Positions 25,200-37,157 of a DNA stretch of 64,000 nt are shown here, piece after piece (the first letter of the stretch is position 1; every line of letters begins with the position of its first letter). Origin of the DNA: Monocercomonoides exilis PA203 (lineage: Eukaryota > Protista > Preaxostyla); assembly GCA_001643675.2 (NCBI GenBank), contig LSRY02000008.1, positions 434,001-498,000 of the forward strand. Direction: 5' to 3'. Below the pieces are notes generated by a model, which saw only the letters and a list, made by a program, of their open reading frames with translations, was not told where the DNA came from and searched no databases. The translations under genes and the position numbers were made by a program.

Positions 25200-26150
25200 C
25201 TTCTCAGCTTCGCTCTGATTGCATGTGCAGCTCATTGGCTGCACAAGACAAGACAGACACTTCTCTTTCAGCTACCAGAGATGGAATATCTGGCTCTGTT
25301 CAGATCCCTCAGATTCATCTGTCTTCAAACATATCGTCCTGTTCCTCTTCCTCACCTTCTTCTTCTTCTTCTTCTTCCCATCCTCCTCCTTTTTCTTTTC
25401 TCATCATCTTCATCTCCACCAATGCATTCTGTAGCTTCGCTGAATGTGCATTTGAACTGTTTTCCTCTTCCCCAGAGGCGCATTCTGCTCTGCTTCAGCA
25501 CTTCGTATGGCTTCCGTGTTACTTCTGTTCCGAATGCTGTGAATTTGAGTGGAACGTGGAAGGCACAGTCAGACACACCGCATTCATCCTCTAATTTTGC
25601 AGCGCTGTCAAAGAAACAAAGAGAGAGGAGCACGAGTTCAAATGAAAGAGGTAAAAAGGCGGAATTCAGAAGCAAATTGATCTCAGAGTAGAGGAAAGGA
25701 AGGAATCAGGAAGAGCGAAAGGCGAATACAAAGACGAAGTAGAAAGAAGTATTTTGCACATCGTAAATTGACGCTTTCGATAATAAACTTGCAAAGGCAG
25801 CAACAGAAAGGAGGAGAAGGGACAGGGGAAGAGGAAAAGGGGGTGATGATCAAGATGAACATCAGCAAAAATTTTGCTTATTCTGCAGCGCACTCTCATA
25901 TGCTCAGCTGCACACTCAAAACGACACAGCCTCATCGATAATTGTCATCCATTCTTTTTCTCCCCCGCCACACATACGATAATCTACCACTTCTGTTTTT
26001 GTTGTCACTTCGCCGAAGCCCCTTACTCCATCGTCAACCTCCACAGACTCCGTTTCAGTCACGTGGAAATATCTCGACATATCTTGCCCAAGCTCTGCCT
26101 CTTTATCGAACATTTCTTCTTCTAATTCTTCTTCTTCTCCCTCTTCGCAT
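25200..26150 (+). pseudogene. Decayed gene of unknown family X, copy 1
   Basis: Collinear homology with 32450-33150 (NAFC..AFEL.SS...AHSA.L.HFV.LP; STYL.QALP.Y, with synonymous third-position changes). Confidence 0.6.
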
Positions 26151-26731
26151 TTGTCTGCTTCATCTCCGCTTTTTTCCTCACACTTTCTGCAAGTTCAGAG
26201 AATCGATCATCAAATACATTTATGCATTTCAATTCCACATAGCTTCCAAATTGATCCAAAAAATGCTTCATTTTCTTCCCTTCTTCTCAGCATATCAATA
26301 ACTGGATGATTAATTTATCCTTCATGATTCTCGTGATGAAATTCCCTCAGGACGGATTCATTTCATTAAATTCTTCATCTTCACCTTCATCAGTTTACAA
26401 CAAAAATGATATTATTTTCATTTCATACTCCTCCCCTCGAATTCAGCGCCAGGCCATATCTTTCATTTCTAATCAAAAAGAAAAAACGTGTATTCATTCA
26501 ACTTCAAAATGCCAGTCGAAATTAAACGACTATTGATATGATTTCGAATAAAGAAAAGCTGATCAGTCGGAGCGAAATCAGAAAAAGGAAATCGAATCTT
26601 TATTATTCTTTTTGAAGATGATAGAAGTTCAGATAAAAAAGAATGAGAAGGGTCATCCTTTTATTGGCACTTTTTTTAAATAAAATTTTATCTGACACAA
26701 AAATGATAATTTTAAAAACATTTTTGGAATA

Positions 26732-27157
26732 AGGTGAAGCTCGGTTATGATCATTTCGGTTGTAATCAAGACTGCTAATAATCACATTTTTTCGTGCATC
26801 AATAAAATTTGCATTTTTCCTTGTGTAATTCCATCGGTTATAATCACACTGAAATCGTGAATAATCACAATTTTGAAATATTTTTCGTATTTTTCTGTCT
26901 ATTTTGAAATTTTTGAAAAAATGAAAGTTGTTTTTTTCTGCTTTATAATGAACAAAAATTTTCATTTTAACATTTCAAATTGCAAAATTGATACAAATGA
27001 TTGGATTTTAATAAATATTGAAAAAAAATATTTTTCATCTTCTAATAAAAATTCAGAAAAACTTTTCAACGAAAAAGATGGTTCGGTTACAATCAAGTTC
27101 GGTTCTTATCACAAAAAATCGTGCAAAATGGATTGTGATTATGACCGAGCTTGACTG
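26732..27157. mobile_element. pogo/Tc1-mariner-type MITE, 426 bp, TA-flanked
   Basis: Left TA|AGGTGAAGCTCGGTTATGATCA versus right end (reverse complement) TA|CAGTCAAGCTCGGTCATAATCA; internal CGGTTRTAATCA-like repeats. Confidence 0.75.
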
Positions 27158-27188
27158 TAAATACAAATGTGATAAATTCTTGTATTAA

Positions 27189-28975
27189 AATTTTGTGAGA
27201 AATCCAATTTCTCAAGGGGGGAAATAGGAGGTGGTTCAATTCCTTCCATTGAGCTTTCATGAGAAATTGGACTGCACAAAGGTTTGAAAATATTTCTATA
27301 TCATTCAAAAATTTAAATATTAATTAAAAATTCTTTAATGAGAATTAATAAATAAATAAATATATTAATGATCATTACCCATAATATTCATATGAAATTA
27401 CTTGTGAAAAAGAAAGCTGAAGCGGCGCAGAAGCGGCTGAAGGAAGCAATGTCTACATTACATAATTGAAAATATGGGACAAGATTAGAAAGAATCGCTC
27501 ATATTGCAAAGGGCAATGTTGTCAGGCTGGTCGACGGTATTAAATAGGGTGAAATCAGCAAAAAGTCATTGGAACACGCAGTAAAGGAATAAAAAAAGGC
27601 AGGCAGATTGCAAAAGTCGTACACCCACCAATTATTAGAGGCGAAAAAGAAAAACAATTCTTGGAAGAAGTCACAATAGAATCTCGATCTGGGACAAGCC
27701 TCACGTTACGAAAAGTGTACAATCTGGTTTGTAATTGATATTTGAATTGTTTATTAATTTGTATTAAGATGGAAAATAAAATAATCGATAGTGAAGAAGA
27801 AGGAGAAAATAAAGAAAAAAAGAAAAAGATATTCACTCTGAAGACTGTTTACGCATTCATAAAGCGCCATCTAGAATTGAAGTCCTCGCTGCCAAAGCAA
27901 GTTGATATCAACAGACTTGCAGCATCTCTACAGAAAGTCCTTTAGTCGTGGTACACCTAATTACAAGCATCACACGATGCAAACATATATCCAGAGTAAT
28001 TAATATTCAATATCGATGAATCTTCGCTTCGCATTCCAACTTCTTCACGATGTGTTGTTGTTCATCTTGCAGATGAGCAAGCTGGATTCAAAAAGACTGC
28101 AGAACTGATGCTGAATGCTCCTTTCGTTGCTGGAATCGCTGCTGATGGCTTCTCGCTTCCGTCTGTTACGTTGTGGCCTAGCGCAAATCTTCCGAAAGAA
28201 CTGACAACACTGTTAACGCCCTCGCTTGACATTTGGCCAAACTCAAACAGTTGGACGGACAAAACAGCATTCAAAAAATATGCCTTAACAGTCCTGCTGC
28301 CAGCTGTCATTGACAGAAGAAAACGAATTTTTAAAGAATCTCATTGTTGCCTTCTTCTCCATGACTCACACTCATCACGGGTTGATCCAACAAAATGGAG
28401 ACAGTTTTAAGATGCAGAAATAAACGTGGTCACTTTCGTTTCACATACAACACACACATCTCAGCCACTGGACAGATGTGTATTTGCAGTGTTGAAGTCG
28501 GAGCTTTCAAACAATTACGACTCCCCATCATCCACCTCCTTATCCGATAAAAGAACAGCAGTTATAGATGTATTACAACAAGCCCTTCATACCGCATTCA
28601 CTTTATCAGTCATCAAAAAAAGCCTTCATCAACAGCGGAGTCCTCAGCAATTGATCTGGATAGGTTCTAATGAAACTTCCTCAGTCTGCTCAATACACAG
28701 CACCATGGCATTCACATTGTTTCCTCTTCTTCGGAAAAGAAATAATTAAAAAAGCTTCTTGATGAATGAGATGAATATAATAAAAAGCACAAGATGAAAA
28801 TTGAAGAAATTGAAGAAATAGAAAAGGAAATTGAAGAAAATGTTGAAGATGATAAAAAAACTTTAAAAGAAGAATTGCCTTTGGAGAAAAAAGTCAAAAA
28901 AAAATTCAGAAAAATTATGAATGATGACGATGAAACAAGTGATGAATATGACCCCTTTGAACGTGAAAAATGAAA
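27189..28975 (+). mobile_element. pogo/Fot-like DDE_1 transposon relic, copy 1 (transposase pseudogene from ATG 27392, intron ~27728-27768)
   Basis: FNIDESS, LLLHDSHSSR, SHTTHTSQPLDRCVF motifs; several stops and frameshifts; 5' leader homologous to 37020-37157. Confidence 0.8.
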
Positions 28976-29411
28976 AAGAAAAGTTAAAAGAGTAATTGAT
29001 TCGAGTTTTGTATTTTTCTGATGTGTATTTAACTTTTTTTCATTTCAAAAAATTTTGGTGCTAATAAAGAAAATAGTGCCAATAAGAAGATGATCCTATT
29101 AGAGCAATTCTTTGATGAAATGAATGAGTTCAAAAATAGCGTTTGGCATGTTTCACAACGACACATGTCTTCAACATGTCGCAGAAGATGAAACGATGAG
29201 GGAAACTTATTTATTTGATAAGGCATAGGGTAATTATTTTTTCTTGACACTTTTTCTTTATTCTGATTTAAAAAAATGAAGTGAAAAAAATTCAAAAAAC
29301 AACATAATTAAAAGAAAACAATATCAGAATTTATTTTTCTGATAACTTCTCTTTTTCCTTCAGTGCAGTTATTTGTATTTTCTTTCTTTTCATTGTCAGA
29401 ATCATCGTTTT

Positions 29412-30515
29412 TCACATTAAGAAATCTTCTTTTTTTTTCTTTTCATCCACAACAGTCTTCACTTCATCTTTCTCCTTTTCATCCATTTCATTTTTCCTTT
29501 CAATATTCATTTTCAAATGATTTTCCCATTTCTCAAAAAGATATTCGTAGGTTATCACTTTTCCATAAAAGTTAAACCTGCTTCTGCGAGATGGAAGAGG
29601 GGAAATGGATGATTCGGGCAGTTTCAAAAGAACTGGCCCAGAAGAATAGTGAAGAACACCACTGCAGACAAAAGCTTTCTGAATTACAGAAGGAGATAAT
29701 GCAGTGTGGATGGCTTGAGGCAGAACATCGGAAATTGCTGCTCATTTGGAGGAAGATGAAGAGGAAAGTGGAGCTTCAAACCTGTTTGTCAATTCAGATT
29801 TTAATACAGCAAACACTCCTCTGTCAAGCTGTTGATAGAGGTGTGTGCTGTGTGGCACGAAGGTTAAAACGTCGACTTGTTGTTTTTGGAATTCTCGCCA
29901 GATCGATGGATCTGCGCGAGATGCATGCGAGTCAAGAAGGAGAAGAATGTGTTCGTTTTCAAGTGACATGCGCTTTCTTCTTTCGATGATGGAAGGCAGA
30001 AGAACGGTGAGAGCATACCTTTTAAAGCACTCGTTATCCATCCAGCCGATTCCATTTGCGCATATCTCAAGCGTTGGAGATAACAGGCATTTCAGCTCAT
30101 CTGGCAGGTTGACACTTGGCCACAAAATGATAGAAGGAAAGGCATATCCGTCCGCTGCAACTGCTGCCACGAATGAAAAAATAATCATTCTTGGTTGTTC
30201 TTTCGTTAAACCTGCTTTTGTGCCTGCAGTATGCACAACAAGCTGTTTTGAGTCTGTGGGAACGCGCTTTGAAGATTCGTCAATGTTTATAATTAAAGCT
30301 GGATTGTAATTGTATTTTTCGTGCAGCACGTCGAGTGTTTTGTCCCAGGGTTTTAAAACACTTCTGCACGAAACAGCCAGTCTGTTAATGTCCAGATTCT
30401 TCGGCGTTCCAGTCTTCAGCTCCGGATGACGTTTGACAAAGCCGTAAGTTGCAGACATTGAAACTTCTGTAAATGGTTAGTCTTCATCATCGTTGTCGTT
30501 TATAACATTTTCTAT
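29412..30515 (-). pseudogene. pogo/Fot-like DD35D transposase, copy 2, exon 2 (catalytic part)
   Basis: INIDES, LLLLDSHASR, PHSTHLYQQLDRGVF with 35 residues between the 2nd and 3rd Asp; TTTCAG acceptor at 30516; in-frame stops at ~30477 and 29742. Confidence 0.88.
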
Positions 30516-31047
30516 CTGAAAAACAAATCAAATAACATATAAATAAAAATAAAACATATGGGTGATTTTTTTTTGATATCATAAAAAATTCCGACGTTTG
30601 ATCAAAAATTATTTTCCTTAAGGGTTGCTTTGAAAAGAAAAACAAAAGTGATGATAATGCAAAAATATTGCTTTGCATATAGTTGTTATTGCTTGTTTTT
30701 AGATTTTAATTCATTTCAAATTGTTTTTGTTTCAAATTAGAAAAAAAAATAAAAAACTTTTCCAAAAAAAAAATCGAAACTTAAATGAACAGAACAAAAC
30801 ATAAGTTTTCTGGGTTTAAAAACATGATAACAATAATTACAATAACGTTATAAAATAATCTCATTTCCAAATATTTGTTAAATAATGTTATTGAAAAAGA
30901 ATAGAATAAGAAAAGTTGAAATCGATTAATATAAAATGAAACCAATCAAATTTTGATGTTTCAACAGAAAATTCAGCAACCTTCATTTCCGGAAGTCTAA
31001 GTTCCTTCAATTGCGTTGATTTCCCTTCCTTCAGAAAAATGTGAAAT

Positions 31048-31851
31048 TCATGCATTTTGCTCAAATACCATTTTTTTCATTGAAAAATATCCTTTTTTTC
31101 TTCTGAAAATATCATCTCGAATTTCCTTCCCAATCCCTTCACCCTGGGCACTTTCCATATGAATTTGCTGGCTCAACTCGGTGGTCACCATGCACAACGA
31201 GATATAAACATTTCTTTCATTTTCATTCTTTTCCACCGCCTGCCCTGAAAACAACACAAAAACATTCAACAGATAAATATTCAAATAAAGAAAAATAAAT
31301 AAATGTCAAACTGAACTTCGACTGTTTTTCACCAAGCACACTCATTTCCACAACAATCATCATTCAAAAAATAAATCAATCTCTTCATTTCAGCACCATA
31401 ATGGTCAAATTGCAGCATGGAATGCATCTCCACAAAATACATTGTATATCTCACTGAAGGGTCTTCTCAGCCCGTACACATTGTGATGCCTGTCCAAAGG
31501 GGATTTTTCTGTTTTTGGCATGATCATCTCCTTTAATAATATTCTCAACAATACAAAAAAGTATTTGATGTCTATCTCATCAACGCAAGATACAGGAGGG
31601 ACATGGGGCAGAGAATAGATGGAAGATGATTATTTGTGGGAGAGGGAGAGAGTTGAGTGTATTTTTGAAAGTGAATATTTCAAAAAGGGTTTTTGAATGA
31701 AAGAAAATTTGGAGACAAAGAGATGGGGAAAGAGCATATGAAGATTTGGAGAAGATAATGTTGAAAATATGCAGAGAAGTGGATGAAGATGATGAAGGGG
31801 ACTTATTGTTGATTGGAGAAATGGATTTTGAAAAGAAAGAAAAGAGGGCAA
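31048..31851 (-). pseudogene. Decayed intron-containing gene of unknown function (cargo)
   Basis: Long frame with scattered stops (..LLRILLKEMIMPKTEKSLWTGITMCTG*EDPSVRY..) and a GT..TTTCAG intron at ~31244-31316. Confidence 0.4.
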
Positions 31852-32449
31852 AAGCGGGAAAGAAGAGGACTATTGTGAAGCTTTCAAATGGGAGAGGGGT
31901 ATTTTTTATGAGAGGAGAAGATTTTTTGGAAGAAATTGCGAAATGAGAAGAAAAGGAAGAGTTTGATACTTTTCAGAGTAAAAGAAGAGATGAATGGAAG
32001 AGGAAAAATAGAAAAGAAAAGAAATTATGAGACATCAACATATTCTATTTTTGAAGAGGAAGAAGAGGACATCGCATAAAGAAAGTTAATAGACTACAAA
32101 GAAATACAGCAAGATTGATTTCCACAATCTGTTTGTCACAAATTTTGTGATTGAATTTTTTCTAACCAATCTGAAGTTTATCCAACAAGCTAGAAGATTT
32201 GGCCTATCAACGACTTCACGCAAAGTATCCTCGCTATCTTCTTCAGAAACACCAGTTGACGGATTGCGCATTTCTCTATCACCACATATATTCACATTTT
32301 TCGACTTGAACTTCGTCTTTGCCTCTTCTTCGCCTTCTTCTCCTTTCTCTTTGATATTTCTTCACATTTCGCATTGGATTAAGTCATCGATATTCAAATT
32401 TGCGTTAACTGTTCAATCGGCAGCTTGATAAAGCGCACAAAAAATTATA

Positions 32450-33150
32450 TTGTTCGGATTACCCTCTCTCAACAGAATCATCATCATCAATGCCTTCTGT
32501 GGGATTGCTGGACGCGCATTTGAACTGCTTTCCTCTTTTGCAGCAGCACATTCCGCTATCCTTAAGCACTTCGTACGGCTTCCACACTCCGACTGTGCTG
32601 AATGTGTGAATGGGTTTGAGAAGGGGATATGATCTTTTAAGCACATCGCAATTATTTTCTCGGTTTATTACACTTCCAAGGAGCGAAGAGAGATGATTGC
32701 ATGTTCAAATTGAAGAGGCAAAAAAAGAGATATACAAATGCAAGTTGAATGCAACTCATAAAAAAGGAAATCAGCTGGAAGAACAAAAGACAAAGATGAT
32801 GACAAATTAGACCGATGAGTTTTCCGTATCGCAAATTGATACTTTCGATACAAAGCACCTGCAGGAAGCAACAGAAAAAGGGCGAAGGAGAAGAGAAGTG
32901 AACAGCAGAGACATTCTGCCCGTGCAACAGCACACTCTTCTGCGAAGCTGCACAACGAAAACAATGTATTCCCCTTGATAATTACATTCCCCTCTTTCTC
33001 TCCCTTTTTTCACATCCAATTGTCAACTCCTTCTGTTCTTGTTGACACTCCACCGAAGCCACTCAATTCTTCATCTCCCTTCACTGACTTCTTTTAAGTC
33101 GCAAAGAAGACACTCGACATATCTATCTCAAGCACTGCCACCTTATCAAA
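32450..33150 (+). pseudogene. Decayed gene of unknown family X, copy 2 (cargo)
   Basis: Homologous to 25400-26110 in the same order. Confidence 0.6.
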
Positions 33151-33699
33151 AATGTCTTCTTTCTCTCCTTCTTTTTCTGTTTCTTCCTTCTCGCTCCCAC
33201 CTCTTGTGACTATACCGATACCTCGTGCGATTCTCGGAAAGAGCAGATTGGGAAATGCAAATGTATTTGCAAGCAGCAGCGTGTCAGCGATGATGAATGG
33301 GTTTAAGCAGCTGAGCATCCTTCTGAACTATGTAGCGTATGTGGCTGGCTAGGGGATTTTATTGAGTGGGGAGAAGGAGGAAAAGGAGAAGAAGTGAAAG
33401 AAGATGGATTTGACAAAGACATTAGAAAGGCTCAGAAAGAAAGGGGCTCAAAAGAAAAAATAGAATGAGATAAATGGAAGAATAAGCACGTGTCAATTGA
33501 AATCACGCTTTGCTTTGCTTATCAGCCAGAAATCAAAAATCCAAGAAATATCCAGCAGCAACTTATCGAAACGCGATCACTTTCTCACCGATTGCATCCA
33601 CAAACAAATCATTATCATCATCTGCTTCTTCTTCTTCTCTTCTTCTTCTTCTTCTTCTTCTTCTTCTTCTTTCTCCTCCTCTTCCTCTTCCTCCCCAAC

Positions 33700-35300
33700 C
33701 CTGCCATTCATCAAGCACAGCTTAGGGCGTTCGTTCAAAGAAAAGCTGCAGAATGTGATTAATTTATGTGCCAGTGTCATTTGTGGTGCTTTTCTGTCGA
33801 TTGAAGTTCCACCTTCGCTGCGCAGTGCGTTTTCTATTGAACAGTTAATGATCTGCGGCTTCGACGACATCCGCAGGCTGAGGGGACTCAACACCATGTC
33901 CCACGTGGCTAACCAGAATTGTATAGAAAATAAATTTTTCTGCAACATAAAGTATATTTCATTAATTGTTTCATTTATTTTTGTTAATCTGTATTTTGCT
34001 TTTCAAATATTTATCTTTATTAAAATTTTTTGTTCGCTCTCAAATGATGATTAGTTATGATGGTGGGCTAATAGCTATGATTTTTCAATTGTCTTGCAAA
34101 ACAATAAAGGTTATTTGCTGAATGGTGCTGTTGCAAAGCAATTAATCAGATTCATGGGGTTTGCCAGAAACTGATTTTGGAAATTTTTTTCAATATTTTC
34201 TATCTTCCTTTTTTTTTTAATTCTTTTTCTTCTTCCTTTTTGCATCCACTTTTTCGATCATTGGTTTCATTATACAAAAATACGCAAATATATTCACATT
34301 CAGTTTCCGATGGTATCCTCTTGTCTCTTCTTCTCTTCGTGTGACCAGCAAGTTCATCACCAACTGTGCTGTGTTCCACTCTGTGTTCCTGCGCCAAGGC
34401 ATTCTCCAGCCCATCCACCGCCTGCTGCACTCGCCGCGCGCTGAATACAGCGACAAGGCCTCTTCTATTCTTCTCTCGCTTACCAGCAAGTCGTTCAAGC
34501 TGTTTGCCAGCTCGCTCGACAAGGCGCTGTTTAAAAAGCTAGTCGAGCTGATGCACTCACCACAGGCGATTGTGCGGAACAACGCGTCGAAATCATCAAG
34601 GCGCTTGCAGAAGGAAAAGGGCTGGATGAAGAAGGAGATGGTGAGGGAAAATGAGATGGAGGATATGGTGGAAGGCCACGGAGGGGATATGAGGGAAGGA
34701 TGATGCATGGGGATGCGAAGGAGAAGAGAAACGAGAAGGATATAGAAGCGAACAACGAACCAACAGTTACAAAGGAGGAGCTGCTGCACCGTTTGCTGAG
34801 TCAGATCTTTGTGCCGAATCTTGTTGGAGAACTGGCTTCACCAACAACGACTGACATAGCGATAATAATAATTGCTGGTTCTTTGCTTAATCTGTATGCA
34901 GCTACTGGGAAAAAGAGGAACAAGAGAAGATATGGAGGAGGGGAGGATGAAGAGGATGAAGAAAAGGAGAGTATCACAAAAGAAATGAAGAAGAAGAAGA
35001 AGAAGAATGATGTTCATGTCCGTCTTCTCTTCGCACACAAGGTCATTCTCCCACTTTGTCTCGACTGCATTCTTTCCTGAACTCACCTTTGCTGCAGATT
35101 CCATTGATTGCCTCAGTACCAATTCAATTGCCATACCGATCCCACCATTACGTGCTCCACCCACTGCCTGAAGAACGCACGCAGCTTCTCCACTTCAGCA
35201 GAAGGCAGCGCAAAACAGCCACAGCGGAATTTTGTCCAATGAGAAGAAAAGAACTGCCATATCTTAGTCACTGAGTGCGCTCCTCTACAACAAGAATAAT
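33700..35300 (+). pseudogene. Divergent importin-alpha-like armadillo-repeat gene, multi-exon, frameshifted (cargo)
   Basis: PLVSSSLRVTSKFITN..FLRQGILQPIHRLLHSPRAEYSDKASSILLSLT..LDKALFKKLVELMHSPQAIVRNNAS follows ARM periodicity and resembles importin-alpha SPALRAVGNIVTG...[24 protein letters not shown] by eye. Confidence 0.6.
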
Positions 35301-36568
35301 TTTCTTCTTTCAGAAACGGATTTGAAAGAGGGAATAATCAATTCCTCAACCATTTGCTTCTTCTCCTTCATTCCCTTCCTCTTTTTCTTCTCCCTGGCTG
35401 CAACTTATTCTACAATCTTAACTCTTGCTCATATATTGCGCTCATAGAACAACAAATTAAAAAGAACTTATAGATTTCTCAGAAAGCTTCGATGAAGCGC
35501 TGCCAAACGACTCTGAGAGCAAACATTGGTAAGAGCAAGAAAAATTGAAGAGAAAGGAAAAAGTGTTCAGAACGTGTCAAACTTCACAAGGGAGGAGAGA
35601 ACTAGGCGTGCCAGTGTTTAATTGCTGCTGATGCTGAGAGCCGAAGGAAGAGAAAGAGAAGATAGAAGGTTTGGAAGAAGAGCGGAAGGCCATCAATTTT
35701 GATCATCAAAGCGAGTAGCTAGTTTAGTGAAAGGAATAGTTACCATAGGGAGAGATGAGAGTGATGATGGAGAGAGAGTGAAATGAGGAGGAAGCAAAAA
35801 CGAAAGAAAAGGATGATCAAGAGAAAGAGGAAGATGATGATGAAAAAGGGAAAGAAATGGCATAAACAAAAGACGAATGATGGCTGAGGGGAATTCAATG
35901 ATAATTTCGACACATGAGCTGCTAGAGCAGGAACTTTGGAAAAGAACGCAGTGAAAAATAGATGAACAAAGAAATGTCGAGAGGAAATGAAAGGAAACGA
36001 TATGGTGTTGAGAAAGAAACTTTAATTGCATTTTCTTAAAGAACAAAAAGATGAGTTACGAAAATGATTCAATTGCTCTTATTAACTGCAGTGTCCAAAA
36101 TAGCACAATCTTCGTTTGCAGAATCTGTTGAGTTGTTCAGCAGACACGGTAATTTTTTGATGAGGTTTCACCTCGATTAATGAAAAGCATATTTCTTTTT
36201 CTATGGAAAAATAAAAATTCACATATTTGTTACATTTTTTAAAGTCCTTTAAATATTTTTTCCCTTTTATTAGCTTTGTTGAGCAAGTTAAGAATATTTT
36301 TTTGTCTTTTTGATGAGTTTTGTTGCTTTAACTTTATTTATTTTTTGTTAATTTTTATTAAACTTGATCAATAAATCCTTTTTCACGAAAAACATTAAAA
36401 AGGTATGTTTTTTAGAATATGATAATAAAACACACAAAAAACACAGCTTTAAAAACCAAATACTGCAAAAAAAAATCAATTAAATTTTTTGATCAATAAA
36501 TACCACAATAGATTTTATTTTTTCGATTTTTGATCTTTTTTTATGATATCAAAAAAAATCACCCATAT

Positions 36569-37064
36569 TAATTCTCTTGTTTATTCAAAGACAAACATGA
36601 GCCAGACTTTTCTTCAATGTGAATAATATCCTAAACTCTTTGTACCTTTTCTCCGACAATTGTTGCAGGTTTGCCAATTTTTCCAACGAGCCTTCCTTTT
36701 CTGAGAGCTCTCACAGCATTTTTGATACCTGTGCGGCTGAATTCCTTTGAATTGATAGAATCAGTTATACGAACAACTCAATCAACAACGATGTGAGCCA
36801 TTCGCTCCAGCCGACTGTTGTATTTTCTATACTTGCGCGAAGACATTGCACGCTGCAATTTTTTCTGACCTTCTTTTAATTTTATTTCTGTTGATATTTT
36901 CATTTTTTTAATAATATTTTTAAGATCATAATAATTTTAAATTTTTTTAAATTGAAATGAAATGAAAAAAAATCGAAAAATAACATTTTAAACAAACCAA
37001 AGGTTTTATGCCCCATGTAACCCTCCAATTCCACACAGAAGTTCAATGAAGGGGCTAAACCCCC

Positions 37065-37119
<55 letters not shown>

Positions 37120-37157
37120 CTCCCCCCCCCATGCGAAATTGGGTTTGTTTCAAAATG
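36569..37157 (-). mobile_element. 5' part of pogo copy 2: terminus, leader and transposase exon 1 (ATG 36903)
   Basis: MKISTEIKLKEGQKKLQRAMSSRKYRKYNSRLERMAHI aligns with copy 1 MKLLVKKKAEAAQKRLKEAMSTLHN*KYGTRLERIAHI; end reads TA|CATTTTGAAACAAACCCAATTTCGC on the minus strand. Confidence 0.82.
37068..37119. repeat. (TC)n microsatellite between C-runs
   Basis: Read directly; lies in the pogo leader. Confidence 0.9.

Larger units (their letters stand above)
30560..36564. mobile_element. 6005-bp non-autonomous TIR element carrying gene cargo, nested in pogo copy 2
   Basis: GGGTGA(T9)GATATCATAAAAAA at 30560-30588 and its inverse (A8) at 36537-36564; ATAT on both flanks (30556-30559, 36565-36568); the two flanks are the two halves of one transposase gene. 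Confidence 0.88.
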
